Shown: positions 16,684-25,762, counted from the stretch's first letter. The stretch is DNA of 64,000 bases from Candidatus Falkowbacteria bacterium RIFOXYA2_FULL_47_19 (GCA_001780275.1 MFGB01000022.1:1249-65248), one strand, 5' to 3'. Numbers and translations: made by a program. The notes: a model not told the origin generated them from the letters alone.

Positions 16684-17066
16684 GACTTCTTCGCGGATTC
16701 CGGATCCTTGAAGGGAGGTGGATCTCCTTGGCAAGATCATTGCCAACCGACTGGACGTGTCCGACATGCGGCAGGCGTAAAAGGGCAACCTGGCATCATA
16801 TCTGCCCGGGGAGCATCTTTATCTTCACACCACAACTGCCGCTTTGCCAGAAATGCCACGCGAAAATCCACGATATTATAAAGAAAAAAATGACCGAAAA
16901 CGGCGGCGAACCGCTCCTCATCCCGGAATATTTCCGAATTTGGGAAGAGTTTACCGGAGAAAAAATCGGTTATCTTTACGACAAATTCAAAAACAAACTG
17001 CGCCGGCGCACTCCGGAAGAAATGAAAAGAAAAAAGAAAAAGAAAAAACACCGAACCGAGGTATAA
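16656..17066 (+). CDS. HNH/zinc-finger nuclease-like small protein with a Lys-rich tail
   Basis: CPTCGRRKRATWHHICPG..LCQKCHAKIHD. An alternative TTG start at 16728 is preceded by GGGAGGTG and would avoid overlap with the upstream gene. Confidence 0.55.
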   Translation: MAAAGKISLGLLRGFRILEGRWISLARSLPTDWTCPTCGRRKRATWHHICPGSIFIFTPQLPLCQKCHAKIHDIIKKKMTENGGEPLLIPEYFRIWEEFTGEKIGYLYDKFKNKLRRRTPEEMKRKKKKKKHRTEV

Positions 17067-17098
17067 TAAGTCCGGCATAAAATTTTTACAAACAAAAA

Positions 17099-17128
17099 CA
17101 GTCCCGAATCAACGGGACTTTTAATTTT
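17099..17128. terminator. Bidirectional terminator hairpin
   Basis: AGTCCCG-AATCAA-CGGGACT followed by TTTTAATTTT, between convergent genes. Confidence 0.75.
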
Positions 17129-17157
17129 GCGAATTCCTAACAACTGCAAGCTAAAAC

Positions 17158-17877
17158 CTAACGATAATATGCCAAGAACTTGACCCTCTCCACATAATTC
17201 CTGGTCTCCCGAAAAGGCGGAATGCCGTCATATTTCATGACGTTTCCCGGACCGGCATTATAAGCCGCCAAGGCCCGGTCCAGATCGGAGAATTTTTCCA
17301 GCTGCAACCTTAAATATCTGGCGCCACCGCCGATGTTGTCCGCCGGATTGTCGATATTTTTAACTCCCATGGCTCTGGCGGTCGCGGGCATTAGCCCCAT
17401 CTCTCCACGAGCGCCCCGGGAAGAAACGAGGTTGCGCTCATCCCATTCGACGGCAATCATGGCCGCGATGATCCGCGGATCAACGCCGTGAGCGCGGGCG
17501 GCGCGCTCTATCTCTTTCCGGTATTTAACGCCCACCCTTTCTATTAAATCTATTTTTCCGTTCCTAACGGCCCAGCTTTCCAGTTTTTTCTCCGCTGTCT
17601 CGCTTAAAACGACAGTGTTCCTGATTTCCGTTTCCGTCCCGATCCGTCCCGATCCGTCCCGGCAGCCGGCAAGAATATTTTCATAATTTAAAAATAAAAC
17701 GGACAAACTCGAAATATAACGCGGTTCCGCGCAACGAGTAAGAGTGCTTAAATACGCCGACGGAGCTTCCCGATAGGCTCGATACGCGGCCAAAAGCAGG
17801 ATAGACAGAAATAAATAAATTATAACAAAAATCAAGACCACAAAACCGTAAAAAATCTTAACATTGATTTTAACCAT
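17158..17877 (-). CDS. Membrane-anchored lytic transglycosylase (SLT domain)
   Basis: N-terminal TM. GEMGLMPATARAMGV, ADNIGGGARYLRLQL and AAYNAGPGNV match the SLT/goose-lysozyme-type motifs. Confidence 0.8.
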   Translation of the reverse strand: MVKINVKIFYGFVVLIFVIIYLFLSILLLAAYRAYREAPSAYLSTLTRCAEPRYISSLSVLFLNYENILAGCRDGSGRIGTETEIRNTVVLSETAEKKLESWAVRNGKIDLIERVGVKYRKEIERAARAHGVDPRIIAAMIAVEWDERNLVSSRGARGEMGLMPATARAMGVKNIDNPADNIGGGARYLRLQLEKFSDLDRALAAYNAGPGNVMKYDGIPPFRETRNYVERVKFLAYYR

Positions 17878-18096
17878 AATATAATGCGACTTTCTGAATA
17901 AACATATTATAATATCATGTTTTTAAGTTTTCGTCAATACCTACGGGGTATAATAAAATAACAACGAAAATTTGTTAAATTATTTGCGATTATTCTATTA
18001 CTGTGCTAGTTTTAAATTAGAACTTTTACAATGCATACCCCCTTGTTTTAAAATAATCGGATCCGGCAAAATAGCGCCTGACAAAAGGAGGACGAG

Positions 18097-18663
18097 ATGA
18101 GTCAATCGACAAAAAAATGGAGCCTGTTCCTACGTTGGTGGATTGTGTTCGCCTTGATCGTTTTGGGATCGGCGATACTTCTGTTGACGGGACTGTTCGC
18201 TAAAATAAACGAGGCCGATTTTACCAAGATCAGCTTCCTGATCTATGCCGTATTCTTCGTTTTTACGATCAGAAACGGCCTGGACGCTCGCCGCCTTTCC
18301 GGGCAAAAGGGGCCGATGGAAAAAAAAGAGATCGATTGCTTCTTCCGGGCCAACGACACTGGGTACTTCGCGGCTAAATCTCTTTTCGTGCTGGGAATGA
18401 TCGGAACGGTTTTTGGACTAATCTACATGCTGTCGTCCGTATCCAGTCTCGATCCGTCGAACGCGATCGCGGCGAAAAACGCCATGACTAATATCACCAT
18501 GGGTATGGCCACGGCGTTTTACACGACCGGCGCCGGTCTTATCTTAAGCCTTATCCTGGAAATCCAGCTTTTCGATACGAGACAACACTTGGACAAGCTT
18601 TATGACGAAATAAGCTGTAAGGATGAATGCGAGGCCAAAGATGAAAAGACCGACGACCGATAA
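18097..18663 (+). CDS. MotA/TolQ/ExbB-family proton-channel protein (188 aa)
   Basis: 3 TM. LGMIGTVFGLIYML...ITMGMATAFYTTGAGLILSLILEIQ resembles the MotA_ExbB signature. Confidence 0.7.
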   Translation: MSQSTKKWSLFLRWWIVFALIVLGSAILLLTGLFAKINEADFTKISFLIYAVFFVFTIRNGLDARRLSGQKGPMEKKEIDCFFRANDTGYFAAKSLFVLGMIGTVFGLIYMLSSVSSLDPSNAIAAKNAMTNITMGMATAFYTTGAGLILSLILEIQLFDTRQHLDKLYDEISCKDECEAKDEKTDDR

Positions 18664-19276
18664 ATACAGGGAGCGCGACAGCATCCCCCTTACCGATCTT
18701 ACCTTAAACGGCCTTATTATCATGTTTTGTCTTTTCGTACTGACCTCCATAATGGCCAAGCTTGAGGAAAAAAAGAACGCTGATATCAAAGTCCAGGCCG
18801 AATTCATGATCACTTTGGCCTGGGAAGATCATAGCGAGGATGACGTCGATATCTGGCTCGAAGACCCCCTGGGAAACGTACTTTGGTTCCGCAACAAGGA
18901 AATTCCCATGGCCCACATAGACAGGGACGATCTTGGAAAAATAAACGATACTATAACGCTGGCGAACGGCGAAACCGTAAAATACGAGCACAACCAGGAG
19001 ATCGTTACCATCAGGGGTTTTATTTCCGGAGAATGGACGCTAAATATTCATATGTACAGGAAAAGGGACAAAGAACCGATAAGCGCGGAAATAAAAATTG
19101 AAAAACTTAATCCGTCGGTTAAAACCCTGTTCTATAAAAAATTGCTATTATCCAGGCAGTGGGAAGAAGTTACCGTGACCAGGTTCATTATGGATAGCGG
19201 AGGCAATATTTCCGCCTGGAACACGCTTAGCAAAAAGCTGATCAAGAGCAGCGGACTATGGGAGACGGAACGATGA
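18623..19276 (+). CDS. ExbD/TolR-like TM anchor fused to a beta-rich domain
   Basis: IPLTDLTLNGLIIMFCLFVL resembles the ExbD N-terminus. The soluble part (TLAWEDHSEDDVDIWLEDPLGNVLWFRNK..HIDRDDLG..GEWTLNIHMY) recalls DUF2135/YfaP-type domains, from memory only. It overlaps the upstream gene by 41 nt. Confidence 0.5.
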   Translation: MNARPKMKRPTTDKYRERDSIPLTDLTLNGLIIMFCLFVLTSIMAKLEEKKNADIKVQAEFMITLAWEDHSEDDVDIWLEDPLGNVLWFRNKEIPMAHIDRDDLGKINDTITLANGETVKYEHNQEIVTIRGFISGEWTLNIHMYRKRDKEPISAEIKIEKLNPSVKTLFYKKLLLSRQWEEVTVTRFIMDSGGNISAWNTLSKKLIKSSGLWETER

Positions 19277-19830
19277 GCATATGGACCGGTTACGCCGGGA
19301 TAATCACGACCTTCGTGATCCTCGGAACACTACTTCTGTGGCTTCTGATAAAATCGAAAATCCATATTTTCGTTAAAATCCTCATCGTCCCCGTCGTGCT
19401 TTGGTACAGCCTGGTGCTTTATTACGTTCCGGAGAAACTCCTGGGCTGGCCGACGCCGGACGATATTCCGGATCGAAGCGCGGTGTTCGCGACGATAATC
19501 AAAGAACCGGGACCGAGTGATCAGGGAGCGATCTATATATGGCTCATGGACATTGATGGGCGGAAAAAAACGAACTGGGCGAATCCGAAAAACGTCTTTG
19601 AATACAGCGAAAAAAACGCGCCCAGATCCTATAAACTGCCTTATTCCAGGGGGCTGCACGAAGAACTTCAAAAAGGCGAGGAAGCGCGTGAGCGGGGAAT
19701 GATCATTATGCTCAAAAAAGGGGGCAAGGGCGCCCCTAAAGAGGGCAACAATGGCGCCCGGCGGCGATCAGATGCAGACGATGTCGAGATCGAGATCTTG
19801 AATCCCCAGCTCTTTATACCGAAAGAATAA
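19258..19830 (+). CDS. Membrane protein (2 TM) with a basic/acidic C-terminal region
   Basis: ORF track. It overlaps the upstream gene by 19 nt, which suggests translational coupling. No motif recognised. Confidence 0.55.
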   Translation: MGDGTMSIWTGYAGIITTFVILGTLLLWLLIKSKIHIFVKILIVPVVLWYSLVLYYVPEKLLGWPTPDDIPDRSAVFATIIKEPGPSDQGAIYIWLMDIDGRKKTNWANPKNVFEYSEKNAPRSYKLPYSRGLHEELQKGEEARERGMIIMLKKGGKGAPKEGNNGARRRSDADDVEIEILNPQLFIPKE

Positions 19831-19850
19831 GCTAAGTGCTTCCGCACTCA

Positions 19851-19878
19851 ATCCCCCTTAAGCAAAGGGGGATTTTTA
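19851..19878 (+). terminator. Rho-independent terminator
   Basis: ATCCCCC-N9-GGGGGAT followed by TTTT. Confidence 0.7.
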
Positions 19879-20006
19879 CAAAATCTAAAAATCATAAAAC
19901 CGTCGTATTTTATCATTAATAAAAATTATTAAATAGCGGATCATCATAAAAGCCGATGTTTTGACGGCAAAACAAAGCGCGCAAACACGGCTGACAAATT
20001 AAACTT

Positions 20007-21197
20007 ATGCGGCTAAAATATATTATTTGCCATTACAATGAAATCGGCCTAAAGGGCGATAACCGGCATTATTTCGAAAAACTGCTGGCGGAAAATATCA
20101 GACAGGCCCTGACCCGGGAATCTCCGGGCGGTTTCGAGTCGGTAAAAATCGTTTCCGGCCGTATTCTCGTTATACTCAACCGAAAAAGCGAAAAACAGAT
20201 CCGTAAGATAGAGAGTGCCCTTAAAAACACTTTTGGCCTGGCCTATTTTTCCTTAGCCGTCGAATCCTTACCCGCTATTGAACAGCTAAAAACCGACGCC
20301 TGGGAATTTATCGGGAATAAAAAATTCTCCACCTTCCGCGTTACAACCCAAAGATCGGACAAAAATTTTCCTTTGAATTCCATGGAAATAAACGCCGAGA
20401 TCGGAGCTTATCTCGCCCAAAAGACGGGCAAAAAAGTAAAACTCAATAATCCCGGACTGAATTGCTTTGTTGAACTCGCAAACGGACAGGCTTTTATTTA
20501 CACAAAAAAAATCAAAGGCCCGGGCGGTCTGCCGGTGGGCGCGAGCGGTCGGACGGCCGTGCTCCTTTCCGGCGGGATCGATTCGCCGGTCGCCGCTTAC
20601 CGCGTTTTAAAACGCGGCTGTTCCGTGATCTTTATCCACTTCCACTCCAAGCCTTTTACCTCGAACGAATCGGTTGAAAAGGTTAAGGCCCTGGCCGGAG
20701 AGCTAAAAAAATTCAATGCCGGTGGCAAAATATTTATGGTCCCGTTCGCGGACGCGCAAAAAGAGGTGGTTTACCGCACGCCGGAAAAACTCCGGGTAGT
20801 GCTGTACCGGCGGCTTATGCTCCGCATTGCCGAAAAGATCGCGCGCCGTGAACGCTGCCTGGCCCTGGCTACCGGCGACTCCCTGGGGCAGGTCGCTTCG
20901 CAAACCCTGGAAAATATGGCCGCGGTCGAAGCGGTCTCGGGTCTGCCGGTGCTTAGACCCCTCGTGGGTTTCGATAAAGAAGAGATCATCGAAGTCGCGA
21001 AAAGGATCGGTACTTACGATATTTCGATCCGTCCGCACGACGATTGCTGCGTCCGCTTTATCCCGAAACATCCGGAAACCAAGGCCGATCTTAAACAAGT
21101 AGAAACCGCGGAGGAAAAACTTGATCTTAGCTCCATGATCGAAAATGCCCTGGAAAACACGGAAACGGTCAGGGTCTCGCCTTTCGATTCGGCATAA
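20007..21197 (+). CDS. thiI: tRNA 4-thiouridine synthase ThiI
   Basis: 396 aa. PP-loop AVLLSGGIDSPVAAY. The N-terminal ferredoxin-like/THUMP-type region and overall layout are typical of ThiI. Confidence 0.85.
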   Translation: MRLKYIICHYNEIGLKGDNRHYFEKLLAENIRQALTRESPGGFESVKIVSGRILVILNRKSEKQIRKIESALKNTFGLAYFSLAVESLPAIEQLKTDAWEFIGNKKFSTFRVTTQRSDKNFPLNSMEINAEIGAYLAQKTGKKVKLNNPGLNCFVELANGQAFIYTKKIKGPGGLPVGASGRTAVLLSGGIDSPVAAYRVLKRGCSVIFIHFHSKPFTSNESVEKVKALAGELKKFNAGGKIFMVPFADAQKEVVYRTPEKLRVVLYRRLMLRIAEKIARRERCLALATGDSLGQVASQTLENMAAVEAVSGLPVLRPLVGFDKEEIIEVAKRIGTYDISIRPHDDCCVRFIPKHPETKADLKQVETAEEKLDLSSMIENALENTETVRVSPFDSA

Positions 21198-21224
21198 TTA
21201 TCTTTATATAGAAATTCCCAGAAA

Positions 21225-21260
21225 ACAAAAAACGCTCCCGGTGTCCGAGAGCGTTTTTTT
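21225..21260. terminator. Bidirectional terminator
   Basis: A-run, AACGCTC-N11-GAGCGTT, then T7. Confidence 0.8.
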
Positions 21261-21267
21261 ACTTTTC

Positions 21268-21345
21268 CTATTTCTTCTTTTTCGCCGGTTTCTTCTTTGC
21301 TACTTTTTTGACGGCCTTTTTGACCGCTTTTTTCTTGGTTGCCAT
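21268..21345 (-). CDS. Possible 25-aa lysine-rich micro-protein
   Basis: My translation: MATKKKAVKKAVKKVAKKKPAKKKK*. It ends 8 nt before the bidirectional terminator. It is too short for the track and its coding status is unproven. Confidence 0.3.
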   Translation of the reverse strand: MATKKKAVKKAVKKVAKKKPAKKKK

Positions 21346-21564
21346 AATTTTTTTCGATGCTTATTTTTTAATGAAGATTTTTTTCGACCTTTTGCAACTC
21401 CTTGTTATGCGAAGTCGCTATGCGCGCATGTATCTGTCTTAATTATAACCTAATCGCCGCGATAGCACAACACTTTTCGAGATCAAATCGTCGACGGGCG
21501 CTAAAAAAATCCGGCTTGGTTCTTCGCGGCGGGTTTTTGTAATAAAATCATTTGAATTTCGTTT

Positions 21565-21800
21565 TTAAATTTCCAGTTTGGGCGCGCGACCAACCGCTTT
21601 TGTCGGTGCGATCAATTCTTCTTCAGCCGCCTCGCTTCTGCCTGGCGATCTTTTCGAATTCTCCCCCACCCCCTCGGTCGTCTCCCGGACCATGAGCTCT
21701 TGAACCATCGCTTCCAGCGTTTCTTTCTTCTCCCTGATAATAACCAGAGCGACGCGGCCGGCATCTTCAAAAAACTTGATTTTCGCTGACTAATTTTTGC
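21565..21800 (-). pseudogene. Degenerate duplicate of the ftsH 3' end
   Basis: Roughly 80% nucleotide identity by eye to 22273-22508. It translates to ..[33 protein letters not shown].., then shifts out of and back into frame relative to FtsH ([39 protein letters not shown]..). Confidence 0.8.
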
Positions 21801-21908
21801 CCCCAAAGAGACTATTTTTCCTTTTATACTACATCGATCTTACGGAGATAAGCTATAATTATCCTTATTATTAGCTATTATTAAATAAATAATAAATTTA
21901 ATCTTTGC

Positions 21909-21937
21909 TTGACAAATATTAGAAAATATGATATTGT
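21909..21937 (+). promoter_or_regulatory. Sigma70-like promoter
   Basis: TTGACA-17 nt-TATTGT, about 50 nt upstream of the 54-aa ORF. Confidence 0.5.
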
Positions 21938-21986
21938 ATTCTCAGTACTATAAATTTTAAACACTTCAGAAAAAAGGAACGACATC

Positions 21987-22151
21987 ATGAAAAATTTTTT
22001 TCACATTATCAGCTGGCTGAGATACTTGTTTGAAAAAAAAGAACCGGAAAAAGTCCTGGTAAGTATTACGGATTGCGGCGGCTGCGGCCGCTGCCCGGTC
22101 TGTATCTCGTTAAACGAGATCGACCCCGAAAAATTCCGCCGGCCCCTTTGA
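21987..22151 (+). CDS. 54-aa Cys-rich small protein (CGGCGRCPVC)
   Basis: My translation: MKNFFHIISWLRYLFEKKEPEKVLVSITDCGGCGRCPVCISLNEIDPEKFRRPL*. AAGGA lies upstream of the ATG. Below the track's length cut-off. Confidence 0.4.
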   Translation: MKNFFHIISWLRYLFEKKEPEKVLVSITDCGGCGRCPVCISLNEIDPEKFRRPL

Positions 22152-22221
22152 GTCAACCGGCAAAGAACCAAGAACTTGCCCTCCGCCGAAACCGGGGGGT
22201 TTACTTTTAGGCGCAAAACCG

Positions 22222-22251
22222 AAAAATCCGGAAATTATTCCGGATTTTTTT
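22222..22251. terminator. Bidirectional terminator
   Basis: AAAAATCCGGA-AATTAT-TCCGGATTTTT, just 3' of the ftsH stop. Confidence 0.8.
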
Positions 22252-22272
22252 ATTTTATCGAAAGGTGTAATT

Positions 22273-24189
22273 TTACATCTCTAATTTTTCAGGCACGTGC
22301 CCAACCTCTTTGGTCGGGCCGATTTTTTCATCCTCAGCCGCCGTTTTTTTCGCTCCGGCGATCTTTTCGAATTCTCCCCTCTCGATCGTTTCCCGGGCCA
22401 TGAGCTCCCGAACTACCGCTTCCAGGGTTTCTTTTTTCTCCTTAATGATAACCAGCGCGGCGCGGCCGGCGTCGTCAATAAAGCTTGATATCTCCTGGTC
22501 TATCTGCTCGGCCACTTTTTCGCTATAATCGCGCTGTTCATGTATTTCCCGCCCGAGAAAGATCATTTCCTCCTTCTCGCCGTATGTCCGGGGTCCAAGC
22601 TTATTGGACATGCCGTAATCCGTAATGAGCCGGCGGGAAAGGCTTGTGGCGCGCCTCAGGTCGGAAGTGGCGCCGGTCGTCACTTCACCGAATATCTCCC
22701 GCTCGGTCAGGTAGCCGGCCAAAAGCACGGAGATCTCCTCGATATATTCGGTACGGCTGTACATATGCTTGTCTTCGGTCGGCAATTTCAAAGTATAACC
22801 GCCGGCCCGTCCCCGCGCGATAATCGATATTTTGTGCACCGGATCGGTATGGGGCATGAAATGCGCCACTACGGCGTGGCCGGCTTCGTGATAGGCCGTG
22901 ATCTTTTTTTCCTTCTGCGTAATAACCCGGCTTTTCCGCTCCGGCCCCAGCATGACCTTTTCCACTGCCTCGAAAAGTTCGTCCATCTGGATGATCTTCT
23001 TGTTGCGGCGGGCGGAGAGTATCGCGGCCTCATTCAGGAGGTTCGCCAGGTCAGCCCCGGAAAAACCAGGGGTGCGTTCGGCCACCTGCCTTAAACTTAC
23101 CTCTTTTGACAGGGGCTTCTTGCGGGCATGGATCTTAAGTATCGCTTCACGATCGGCGATATCCGGATTATCGAGCACTACCTGCCGGTCGAAGCGTCCG
23201 GGCCGCAAAAGCGCCGGATCGAGTACATCCGGACGGTTAGTAGCGGCCATGACGATAATATTAGTATTCGGATCGAAACCGTCCATTTCCACCAGGATCT
23301 GGTTCAGCGTCTGCTCGCGTTCGTCGTGCGAACCGCCCAGGCCGGAACCGCGCTTGCGGCCGACCGCATCGATCTCGTCTATGAATACTATGCAGGGTGT
23401 GTTCTTTTTCGCTTTCTTAAATAGGTCTCGCACGCGGGAGGCGCCCACACCCACGAACATCTCGACGAATTCGGAACCGGAAATATGGAAAAACGGCACG
23501 TTAGCTTCGCCGGCTACCGCCCGCGATAAAAGGGTTTTGCCCGTTCCCGGGCTCCCTAAAAGCAGAACGCCACGCGGAATGCGCGCTCCCAATTCCTGGA
23601 ATTTTTTCGGATGGCGCAGGAATTCCACCACCTCTAAAAGTTCTTCCTTGGCCTCTTTTACCCCGGCGACGTCTTTAAAGGTAATACGGTCTTTCGTGTC
23701 TTTGGAGAATTCCTTGGCCTGCGACTGTCCGAACATCATGGCCCGGCTGTTCGCTCCCTGGACGCTCCGCATCATGAAATAGATAAAAACGCCTATCAAA
23801 AGGAAGGGCAGTAAAAACGGCAAAATCGCTCCCAGCCAAAAGCTCAGGCCTTCGTTTTGTCTGATCTCGATCTTTACTCCGGTCAATTTAGACTGGTCCA
23901 CTCCGAAATTGCTCAAAAGCCCGGACAAGGTATCACCGGCTTCTTTTTTAACCTCCTCCACCGCGCCGTCTTTAAGAGTAATTTTCATGTTATCGCCTTC
24001 GACCGACACGCTCTCCACTTCTCCGGCGTTGATCTGGGAAATAAATTTTTCCAAACCGACCCTTTCCGTCTTCTGGCCGACATTGCCGTAAAGGCTGAAT
24101 AAAGCCGCTACCACCAGAAACATCAGGAAAAAATAGAGGAAATTTTTTATTAAGCTTTTCATGTTTATATACACGAGCAACGAGAGCAA
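22273..24189 (-). CDS. ftsH: ATP-dependent zinc metalloprotease FtsH
   Basis: Walker A GSPGTGKT, Walker [13 protein letters not shown] region [19 protein letters not shown], zinc site HEAGHAV, N-terminal TMs. Confidence 0.95.
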   Translation of the reverse strand: MLSLLVYINMKSLIKNFLYFFLMFLVVAALFSLYGNVGQKTERVGLEKFISQINAGEVESVSVEGDNMKITLKDGAVEEVKKEAGDTLSGLLSNFGVDQSKLTGVKIEIRQNEGLSFWLGAILPFLLPFLLIGVFIYFMMRSVQGANSRAMMFGQSQAKEFSKDTKDRITFKDVAGVKEAKEELLEVVEFLRHPKKFQELGARIPRGVLLLGSPGTGKTLLSRAVAGEANVPFFHISGSEFVEMFVGVGASRVRDLFKKAKKNTPCIVFIDEIDAVGRKRGSGLGGSHDEREQTLNQILVEMDGFDPNTNIIVMAATNRPDVLDPALLRPGRFDRQVVLDNPDIADREAILKIHARKKPLSKEVSLRQVAERTPGFSGADLANLLNEAAILSARRNKKIIQMDELFEAVEKVMLGPERKSRVITQKEKKITAYHEAGHAVVAHFMPHTDPVHKISIIARGRAGGYTLKLPTEDKHMYSRTEYIEEISVLLAGYLTEREIFGEVTTGATSDLRRATSLSRRLITDYGMSNKLGPRTYGEKEEMIFLGREIHEQRDYSEKVAEQIDQEISSFIDDAGRAALVIIKEKKETLEAVVRELMARETIERGEFEKIAGAKKTAAEDEKIGPTKEVGHVPEKLEM

Positions 24190-24296
24190 TGATCCGTCGA
24201 ATCATCGTAGCCCGAAAGTGAATTCTTTATAATAATATAAAATTTATATTAGGCTAATATTAAATTTAGTATATAATAAAAAAGATTTTTTAGCAA

Positions 24297-24331
24297 ACAA
24301 AAACAGCCCTGAAGCTTCGGGGCTGTTTTTG
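24297..24331 (-). terminator. Terminator of rpsA
   Basis: CAGCCC-N10-GGGCTG flanked by A and T runs. Confidence 0.75.
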
Positions 24332-24345
24332 CCGTGTATTTTAGG

Positions 24346-25647
24346 TTATTCGATCTTGGTTTTGTCGGCTTTTTTCACGCCTGGTTTTTTTTCCTTAGGG
24401 GTCTTTTTCTCGGTCTTGGCGGTTTTTTCTTTTTTCGGCGCTTTTTTGGTTTTTTCCTCTTTTTTCTCTTCGTCCTTTTCTTCGCTATCGGTCTTTTTTT
24501 CTTCCGATCCGGCTTCTTCTTTTTCTTCTTTCTTTTCGGTTTTTGCGTCCAGCCTGTCTGAATGGGCCAGGCCCAGTCTGTGCTCCTTCGGCTCCATGGA
24601 AACGATCTCGAAATTTATGGTTTCTTTAGCCTTGTATTTATCATAGATCCTTTGGCCGGGAGAGAGCGAAAGCTGGCTCACGTGGGCCAGGCCGTGGATC
24701 TCGTCGTCTAATTTCACGAACAAGCCGAAGGGGTTGACTTTTAAAATGATGCCGGGAACGGTCTGGCCTAATTTATACTTCTCGCCCACGTTTTCCCAAG
24801 GATCTTTCAAAAGTTTTTTGGCAGAAAGGAATATCTTTGAATTTTCCAGGCTGATGACCTCGGCCTTGATCGTGTCCCCTACTTTATAGAGATCTCCCGG
24901 ATCGTCTATTCTTTGCCAGGCCAATTCGGAGATATGGATAAGTCCTTCGAGATTCTCGCCGAAACTTACGAAAACCCCGAAATCGGTGATAGCGGTGATC
25001 TTGCCTTCGATCGCTGTGCCGACCTTATATTTCGAGATGACGTCCTGCTGTTTTTCGTTCCAGGCCTCTTTCTCCGAAAAAATTATCTTATCGTCCTTTT
25101 CTTCCAGGGTGATGACCTTGACTTCGAACTCCTGGCCCGCGAAAGAGCGGAGCTTGTCTAAGATCTTGCTTTTATCCCCGCCGGAAACGCGCGGATAGTT
25201 TTCGGGGGCCAGCTGCGACACCGGCAAAAAACCCGCGATCTGACGGTATTTCGCCAGAAGGCCGCCCTTGTTCGCGTCCACGATCCGGACCCGGATGATC
25301 TTTTTATTCTCGTAAGCGTCCTGGATGCCTGCCCAGGCCCTTTCCTGGCCCGCGATCCGGAAAGACAGTTCAAGCTCGCCGTTCTCGTTTTCGTCGTCTA
25401 TGACCGTCGCATCGACTTCGCTCCCCGGCTTTAACGTGGCATACTCGTCGTCCTCTTCGTAAAGCTCCGGTCCGCGCACGACGCCGGTCATGACTCCGTC
25501 GATATCGAGCTTGACCTCGGCTTTGGAGGCGGTAATGACCTTGCCCCGGATAAGTTCTCCGACCTGCGGAACCTTAACGACGTTCCGGTCCAGGAGATCC
25601 TTAAATTCTTCGCCGTCCGAGCTTACTTCTTTTTTTTCATCTGTCAT
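24346..25647 (-). CDS. rpsA: 30S ribosomal protein S1 (four S1 domains) with a Lys/Glu-rich tail
   Basis: Repeated S1/OB motifs (GELIRGKVI.., GTAIEGKITAITDFGVFVSF, GDTIKAEVISL, GQTVPGIILKVNPFGLFVKL). Confidence 0.85.
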   Translation of the reverse strand: MTDEKKEVSSDGEEFKDLLDRNVVKVPQVGELIRGKVITASKAEVKLDIDGVMTGVVRGPELYEEDDEYATLKPGSEVDATVIDDENENGELELSFRIAGQERAWAGIQDAYENKKIIRVRIVDANKGGLLAKYRQIAGFLPVSQLAPENYPRVSGGDKSKILDKLRSFAGQEFEVKVITLEEKDDKIIFSEKEAWNEKQQDVISKYKVGTAIEGKITAITDFGVFVSFGENLEGLIHISELAWQRIDDPGDLYKVGDTIKAEVISLENSKIFLSAKKLLKDPWENVGEKYKLGQTVPGIILKVNPFGLFVKLDDEIHGLAHVSQLSLSPGQRIYDKYKAKETINFEIVSMEPKEHRLGLAHSDRLDAKTEKKEEKEEAGSEEKKTDSEEKDEEKKEEKTKKAPKKEKTAKTEKKTPKEKKPGVKKADKTKIE

Positions 25648-25680
25648 ATTTTTAATGCTGCTCTAAATCTGCTTGAATTT

Positions 25681-25762
25681 AATTACAAATCCACAAATCA
25701 GAACACAAATTCACAAATGCTATATTTGTGTTATTTGTGATGAAATTTGTGAATTTGTAATA
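25681..25762. promoter_or_regulatory. 82-nt imperfect palindrome built from ACAAAT/ATTTGT boxes, upstream of the rpsA start
   Basis: The left arm has 4 ACAAAT boxes (25685, 25693, 25705, 25713) and the right arm has 4 mirrored ATTTGT boxes. It begins 34 nt from the rpsA start codon. Confidence 0.55.

Noticed and set aside
15279-16788. Minus-strand ORFs 15279..15581, 15337..15741 and 16117..16788.
   Set aside because: They are shadows of the plus-strand metallophosphoesterase gene, which has a Shine-Dalgarno sequence and recognisable motifs.
18097-19830. The MotA-like trio considered as a Zorya defence system or a flagellar stator.
   Set aside because: ZorA is several-fold larger with a long tail, and ZorC/ZorD-type genes are absent. 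No flagellar genes lie nearby, and the second protein has no OmpA/MotB peptidoglycan-binding motif.
22297-24205. Numerous ORFs overlapping ftsH in other frames or on the other strand (for example 22898..23782 and 22540..23094).
   Set aside because: FtsH motifs are unambiguous on the minus strand. The overlapping ORFs have low-complexity, Arg/Ser-rich translations.
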